Source: Gammaproteobacteria bacterium (GTDB lineage Bacteria; Pseudomonadota; Gammaproteobacteria; JAJFKG01). Taken from it: a stretch of 64,000 nt of DNA. The DNA lies in assembly GCA_965116795.1 (NCBI GenBank), contig OZ220716.1, forward strand, positions 746,503-810,502, read 5' to 3'. The notes beneath the pieces are model-generated. The model had not been told where the DNA came from and searched no databases. It worked only from the letters and a program-made list of their open reading frames with translations. This document shows positions 59,357 to 64,000 of the stretch, in pieces. The translations under genes were made by a program, and so were the position numbers. How positions within the stretch are numbered: the stretch's first letter is position 1; the number at the start of each line of letters is the position of its first letter.

Positions 59357-61624
59357 ATGAATAAACACACTTATCAGTTATGGCAACTTCCTATTTTATT
59401 TATTATCACATTGATAATTAGTACGATACTAGCAGTTACTTCATTAACTGTATTGATGTGGTTTTGGGGTATTGTTAGTGTTAGTTTGCTTGCTATCGTT
59501 TTACATACAGCATTATGTACTGATAAAAATCGTTATGCTATTCGTAATGACTCTCCTTATTATTTTACTCACCAACAGGCACTGCATGTACCGATTACAA
59601 TCACTAAAAATGGCTTTGTTTGGCCAGATGGGTTAGCCAATTGCGATACCATATTATTGCGTTTTACCGTAAAAGCAGGATTATTGGGCTGGATACGTGA
59701 TCCATATCTTATCATAAGTCATCAATATAAAATTGATAAACATGTATTAGAGCGAGGTGTTAAAGGGGTACGTTTATTAAATATCAGCAGTTGTCGTTCA
59801 TTAACACCAGGTGATGTAATTTATATTAGTAGCCGCCATATGACATGGAAAACTGGTATGGCAACTCTAATAGGGTTTAATAATCTCATTGATGAACGTA
59901 AACGTTTATTGATTATTGCACCACATCCAGATGATGCTGAAATTGCTGCTTATGGTTTATATAGTCAACATGATAGTACCATAGTCACTTTAACAGCTGG
60001 ACTTGGTAGCAGTAAGTCTTATCAGCACATTGTACCGGATGTCAAACAGATGTGTTATTGGCGTAGTAAGTTGCGTGCATTAGATAGTGTAACCGTACCG
60101 CGTTGGGGAGGTCTTGCTACAACACAGTGTGTTAATTTGGGTTACCCTGATGGTGATTTGGCTAAGTTAGCCAATGATAAAACAAGTGTGTTAAGCGATG
60201 AACAACGCACAGCAATGGTCGCATTTCGCAGTTACAACACCGCGACTTGGTTGCCTGAACTCCCTGCAATAATCGGCTGGCAAGACATGATTGATGAAAT
60301 CGCTCATATTATTAGAACGGTGAAGCCAACTGCTATCGTTTGCCCACATCCAATTATCGATAGACATCCAGACCATCGTTATGCAACCCATATGGTGGTT
60401 GCTGCATTACAGCAAATACGACAAACAGATATGATGCTTTACTGTTATCAAGTTCATTTAGCTACTTCACGTATTGCTCCTTTTGGTCCTGCACACAGTG
60501 CAATATCATTGCCACCAGTTTCTAAATTATTACCAGATTATGGCAAAGTCTATGCACAACCACTATCTGTAGAAATGACACTTGCTAAAGTGTTTGCATT
60601 GGAAATGATGCATGATTTACGTCATCCTCCTGCACCATCATTGCCATCTTGGCGACAATATCATTATGCATTGGCTAGAATAATTAACAGGCGGCAACTG
60701 TCTACATACGGCGACAGTGATTTTTATCGTCGTGCCATTAGACCACATGAATTATTTTTTTGTTATAGGTTATCTGCATTGCTAACTTTGCTAAAGACAC
60801 ATAACACTGAATTGGCATGGTTATCAACTGTCACTCATTCAGCTATTCCTGTGAATTGTAACGGTGTTCAATCTTTTATTGATCTGGCTAATTATCCAGG
60901 CACAGTCTATCGTCAAGTTAAGAATCGACAAACTAAAGCAATTACCTATAATCAGCAACATTACTTTGTTAAATTACATCATGGTGTTGGTTTAAAAGAG
61001 ATATTTAAAAATATTGTGCAAAGCCGTTTGCCAGTGTTTGGTGCATCTAATGAATGGCAAGCTATTTTTCAATGTATGCAAGCGTCTATTTTAACAACGC
61101 CATTAGTATGTTATGGCAAATGGGGTTATTTACATAAGCAACGTTCTTTTATTATGACGCGAGCATTAACCCAAACCTGTACCTTAGAAGATGTTGGTGA
61201 CATATGGAAAGAAACACTGCCTTCTTTTAATTTGAAGCGTCAGATTATTCACAAGCTAGCCGATGTGGTGCGTCAGTTTCATCAGCAAGGGATGAACCAT
61301 CGTGATTGCTATGTGTGTCATTTTCTCATTCCAGATAGTGTATTATCGACAAATAGTGTTATCGATAACTTACCGATGTATATCATTGATTTACATCGGG
61401 TACAGATAAGACATAAAGTACCAACACGTTATCTGATTAAAGATCTCAGCGCGTTACTATTTTCTGTGCTTGATTATGGATTAACTCAACATGATTATTT
61501 TTATTTTATTAAACATTATTTGCAAACTGATCTCACTATAGCGCTAGCAAATCAATCATTTTGGCAAAAAGTAGTGAAGCGTGCTAAAAAGTTATACTGT
61601 CAAGAAAATCGTGAAAAGTGCTAA
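59357..61624 (+). CDS. Fusion of a PIG-L/DnpA-like de-N-acetylase and a WaaP-like LPS core heptose kinase
   Basis: IAPHPDDAE, LGYPDG, D.HPDH; then YFVKLH.GVG..EI.KN, GASNEW, NHRDCY.CHF, IDLHR.QIR, KDL..L.FS. Confidence 0.85.
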   Translation: MNKHTYQLWQLPILFIITLIISTILAVTSLTVLMWFWGIVSVSLLAIVLHTALCTDKNRYAIRNDSPYYFTHQQALHVPITITKNGFVWPDGLANCDTILLRFTVKAGLLGWIRDPYLIISHQYKIDKHVLERGVKGVRLLNISSCRSLTPGDVIYISSRHMTWKTGMATLIGFNNLIDERKRLLIIAPHPDDAEIAAYGLYSQHDSTIVTLTAGLGSSKSYQHIVPDVKQMCYWRSKLRALDSVTVPRWGGLATTQCVNLGYPDGDLAKLANDKTSVLSDEQRTAMVAFRSYNTATWLPELPAIIGWQDMIDEIAHIIRTVKPTAIVCPHPIIDRHPDHRYATHMVVAALQQIRQTDMMLYCYQVHLATSRIAPFGPAHSAISLPPVSKLLPDYGKVYAQPLSVEMTLAKVFALEMMHDLRHPPAPSLPSWRQYHYALARIINRRQLSTYGDSDFYRRAIRPHELFFCYRLSALLTLLKTHNTELAWLSTVTHSAIPVNCNGVQSFIDLANYPGTVYRQVKNRQTKAITYNQQHYFVKLHHGVGLKEIFKNIVQSRLPVFGASNEWQAIFQCMQASILTTPLVCYGKWGYLHKQRSFIMTRALTQTCTLEDVGDIWKETLPSFNLKRQIIHKLADVVRQFHQQGMNHRDCYVCHFLIPDSVLSTNSVIDNLPMYIIDLHRVQIRHKVPTRYLIKDLSALLFSVLDYGLTQHDYFYFIKHYLQTDLTIALANQSFWQKVVKRAKKLYCQENREKC

Positions 61625-61658
61625 ACTTGAACCTGATAGGCTAAGGATAGGTAATCAC

Positions 61659-63281
61659 ATGAGCGCAACAATTTCAGTATTAATTGTAGGTGCTGGTCCA
61701 GCTGGGTTAACCATGGCGGCTGAATTAGCAAGACATGGGATACGTGCTCGGATCATCGATAAGCGTACTCAGGCAACCAGCACATCTAATGCACTTGGGA
61801 TTCAATCACGTACACTTGATGTTTGGCAAGATATGGGAATTACCCAGCAAGCGCTGTCAAAAGGTAATATTATCCATGGTTTACGTCTATTCAATGATAA
61901 ACGTCATTTACTAACGCTTAAGCTTGAAAAATTATCTACTCAGTATCCATTTATCTTGACGTTACCTCAAACTGAAACAGAGGCATTATTAACACATTTA
62001 TTAAGTGAAAAATATAATGTTACTGTCGAACGTGGTATTGCTTGTGTCGATCTAACTCAACATGCTGATCATGTTGATGTTGTGTGTCAACGTGATAGTG
62101 GTGCTACTGAAAACATTACATGTCAATGGGTTATTGCCGCTGATGGGCATGATAGTGCACTACGTCAATTAACCAATACACCGTTTGTTGGGCATGCACT
62201 TGAAAAACACTTTATGATGGTTGATTGTCAAATTGATTGGCCATTGCTAACCGACAGAGCACATGGGTTTTTAACCAAGAATGGTATGATGGCAGTGTTG
62301 CCAATGAAAGATCGAAAACGAATTATTTTTGATATCACCCATATTGATGAATTAATTAATAAAGATGAATTATGTTTAGCTGATTTTCAACAGTTAGCCA
62401 ATCAGCGTTGTTATTTCGCAACGTCACTCACTGAACCGACATGGTTATCACGGTTTGCTATTGCTGAAAAACAAGTTGAACATTATCGTAAGCAGCATGT
62501 TTTCTTTGTAGGTGATGCCGCACATGTTCATTCACCAGTAGGTGGACAAGGGTTAAATATTGGGATCCAAGATGCGCATAATTTAGCGTGGAAATTAGCA
62601 TTTGTTACCCATGGTTATGCCACAGAAAACTTGTTAGACACATACCATGTTGAACGTTACCCAATCGCACAAGCTGTTTTAAAAAGTACAACAAAAGCCA
62701 CTAAGATGATTACGTTAGATAATATTTTCTTACAATGGGCGCGTAATAATATCGTGTTACGTTTGGCAGCACTACCTGGTATACGTAAGCGTTTATTAGC
62801 ACATATTGCACAAATCGATACACATTATCAACAAGGTATTATCAATCAGCAAACACATAAAAGATTTTTTTACCGATCACCAAAGCCAGGGTATCGTGTC
62901 ATCAATCATCCAGTTAAAATGGATAAAGAAACGTTGAGTTCATTTAATCAAATTATTGAAACGTGCCGGTTTAAATTAATTTTATTCACCGGGAGAAAGC
63001 CGAATCGTACAGTTGCAGATATTAATACAGTAATTGAAGGCATAGCAGCACATTATGCAAAACAAATTGGATTATTCTGTGTGACTACTGATCCCCAATA
63101 CCATGCCCCATGGGCACTGCAATGTATTTATGATGAAAGACGTAAGTTACACCGTTATTTTGGTTGTCAAGCGGGAGGAATGTATTTGTTACGTCCTGAT
63201 AATGTCGTCGCATTGCGTGATCGCCATATTAATTTATCATCGATTCATCAATTACTTGATGCTTATTTAATAGAGACTTAG
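61659..63281 (+). CDS. FAD-dependent monooxygenase (PheA/TfdB aromatic hydroxylase type)
   Basis: GAGPAGL, ADG..S, GDAAH.HSP.GGQGLN.GIQDA.NL.WKL, C-terminal RPD; start refined to ATG 61659. Confidence 0.92.
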   Translation: MSATISVLIVGAGPAGLTMAAELARHGIRARIIDKRTQATSTSNALGIQSRTLDVWQDMGITQQALSKGNIIHGLRLFNDKRHLLTLKLEKLSTQYPFILTLPQTETEALLTHLLSEKYNVTVERGIACVDLTQHADHVDVVCQRDSGATENITCQWVIAADGHDSALRQLTNTPFVGHALEKHFMMVDCQIDWPLLTDRAHGFLTKNGMMAVLPMKDRKRIIFDITHIDELINKDELCLADFQQLANQRCYFATSLTEPTWLSRFAIAEKQVEHYRKQHVFFVGDAAHVHSPVGGQGLNIGIQDAHNLAWKLAFVTHGYATENLLDTYHVERYPIAQAVLKSTTKATKMITLDNIFLQWARNNIVLRLAALPGIRKRLLAHIAQIDTHYQQGIINQQTHKRFFYRSPKPGYRVINHPVKMDKETLSSFNQIIETCRFKLILFTGRKPNRTVADINTVIEGIAAHYAKQIGLFCVTTDPQYHAPWALQCIYDERRKLHRYFGCQAGGMYLLRPDNVVALRDRHINLSSIHQLLDAYLIET

Positions 63282-63310
63282 CATTTATATGTTCTCAGAT
63301 TTGCTGCCTT

Positions 63311-64000
63311 TCAGCCAGTCTCTGTTTTTCTATTAACTCCTTCCTTAATAGGGTCTGAGCAGTTACCAAATTGTTTTGAGTATGTATAAGCATTAATAAT
63401 GACATCTTCAGTTGCATGTTGTTGATATGCATGTTCACTTAAATAACGTCGCCACCTACGTGCACCTGGGTGTTTATGTAATAAACCAAAGATCGGTTTA
63501 GTAAGTGTTGCTAACGGTACGCCAGCATTACGTTGGGCAATAACATACGGTAAATATTGTTGGATAATCTCATCTGGTGTTGGGATAGTGGTCTGATAAA
63601 AGTGTTGAGACAATTGTGCAAGGTAATATGGGTTGTGGTAACTTTCACGGCCGATCATCACCCCATCTACATATTGACAGTGATTAATAGCACCAGCCAA
63701 TGTCGTGATCCCACCATTGATAATAATAGTTAATGCAGGAAAATCTTGTTTAAGTTGGTAAACCCATTCGTAGCGCAGCGGTGGAATACAGCGATTTTCT
63801 TTTGGACTTAATCCTTGTAACCACGCATTACGTGCATGCACGATAACTTGTTGGCAACCTGCTTGCTGTATCTTATTAATGAATTGATAAAAGTAATGAT
63901 AATCATCTTGCTCATCAATACCGGTACGTGTTTTTACTGTGATTGGTATACTACAAGCAGCTTGCATAGCTGCAACGCAGTCAGCTACTAATTGAGGTTC
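63311..64000 (-). CDS. dusA: tRNA-dihydrouridine(20/20a) synthase (5'-truncated by window edge)
   Basis: TVKTR.GID, IVHAR.AWL.GLSPKENR.IPPL.Y, INGGI, DGVMIGR, GAR.WRRYLSE. Confidence 0.94.
   Translation of the reverse strand, partial: EPQLVADCVAAMQAACSIPITVKTRTGIDEQDDYHYFYQFINKIQQAGCQQVIVHARNAWLQGLSPKENRCIPPLRYEWVYQLKQDFPALTIIINGGITTLAGAINHCQYVDGVMIGRESYHNPYYLAQLSQHFYQTTIPTPDEIIQQYLPYVIAQRNAGVPLATLTKPIFGLLHKHPGARRWRRYLSEHAYQQHATEDVIINAYTYSKQFGNCSDPIKEGVNRKTETG

Overview
AT-rich gammaproteobacterial chromosome segment, very probably Legionellales/Coxiellaceae-like because it carries an AnkH/LegA3-type Dot/Icm core effector. Most of the window is housekeeping: ugd-galU, ubiK-comM, class I fba, tRNA-Arg(CCG), hemCDXY, a cobalamin riboswitch-controlled TonB-dependent receptor with tonB, gap-tkt, xthA, rpmE-ubiC-ubiA, mrcA/pilMNOPQ-aroK-aroB-damX-like-hemE-glnB-waaA, feoABC, pcm-tolC, hemW, ddl and dusA. 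No transposase, integrase, prophage or CRISPR array was seen. The intergenic DNA is dense with several families of non-autonomous palindromic elements (RPE/MITE-like and CGTC-REP-like). These families have unrelated termini but share an apical hairpin with a G/A internal loop, nest inside one another, sit in 5' leaders, and appear to have rewritten the 3' ends of ubiC, hemD, waaA and possibly dusA. Other notable items: a split cNMP-binding + NTT-like/HEAT transporter pair, a PIG-L deacetylase-WaaP fusion, a solo AAA-DUF4143 gene with a three-site operator array, an AroK lacking shikimate-binding residues, and a TIGR03032-TolC pair. All calls come from motif recognition by eye; no searches were run.
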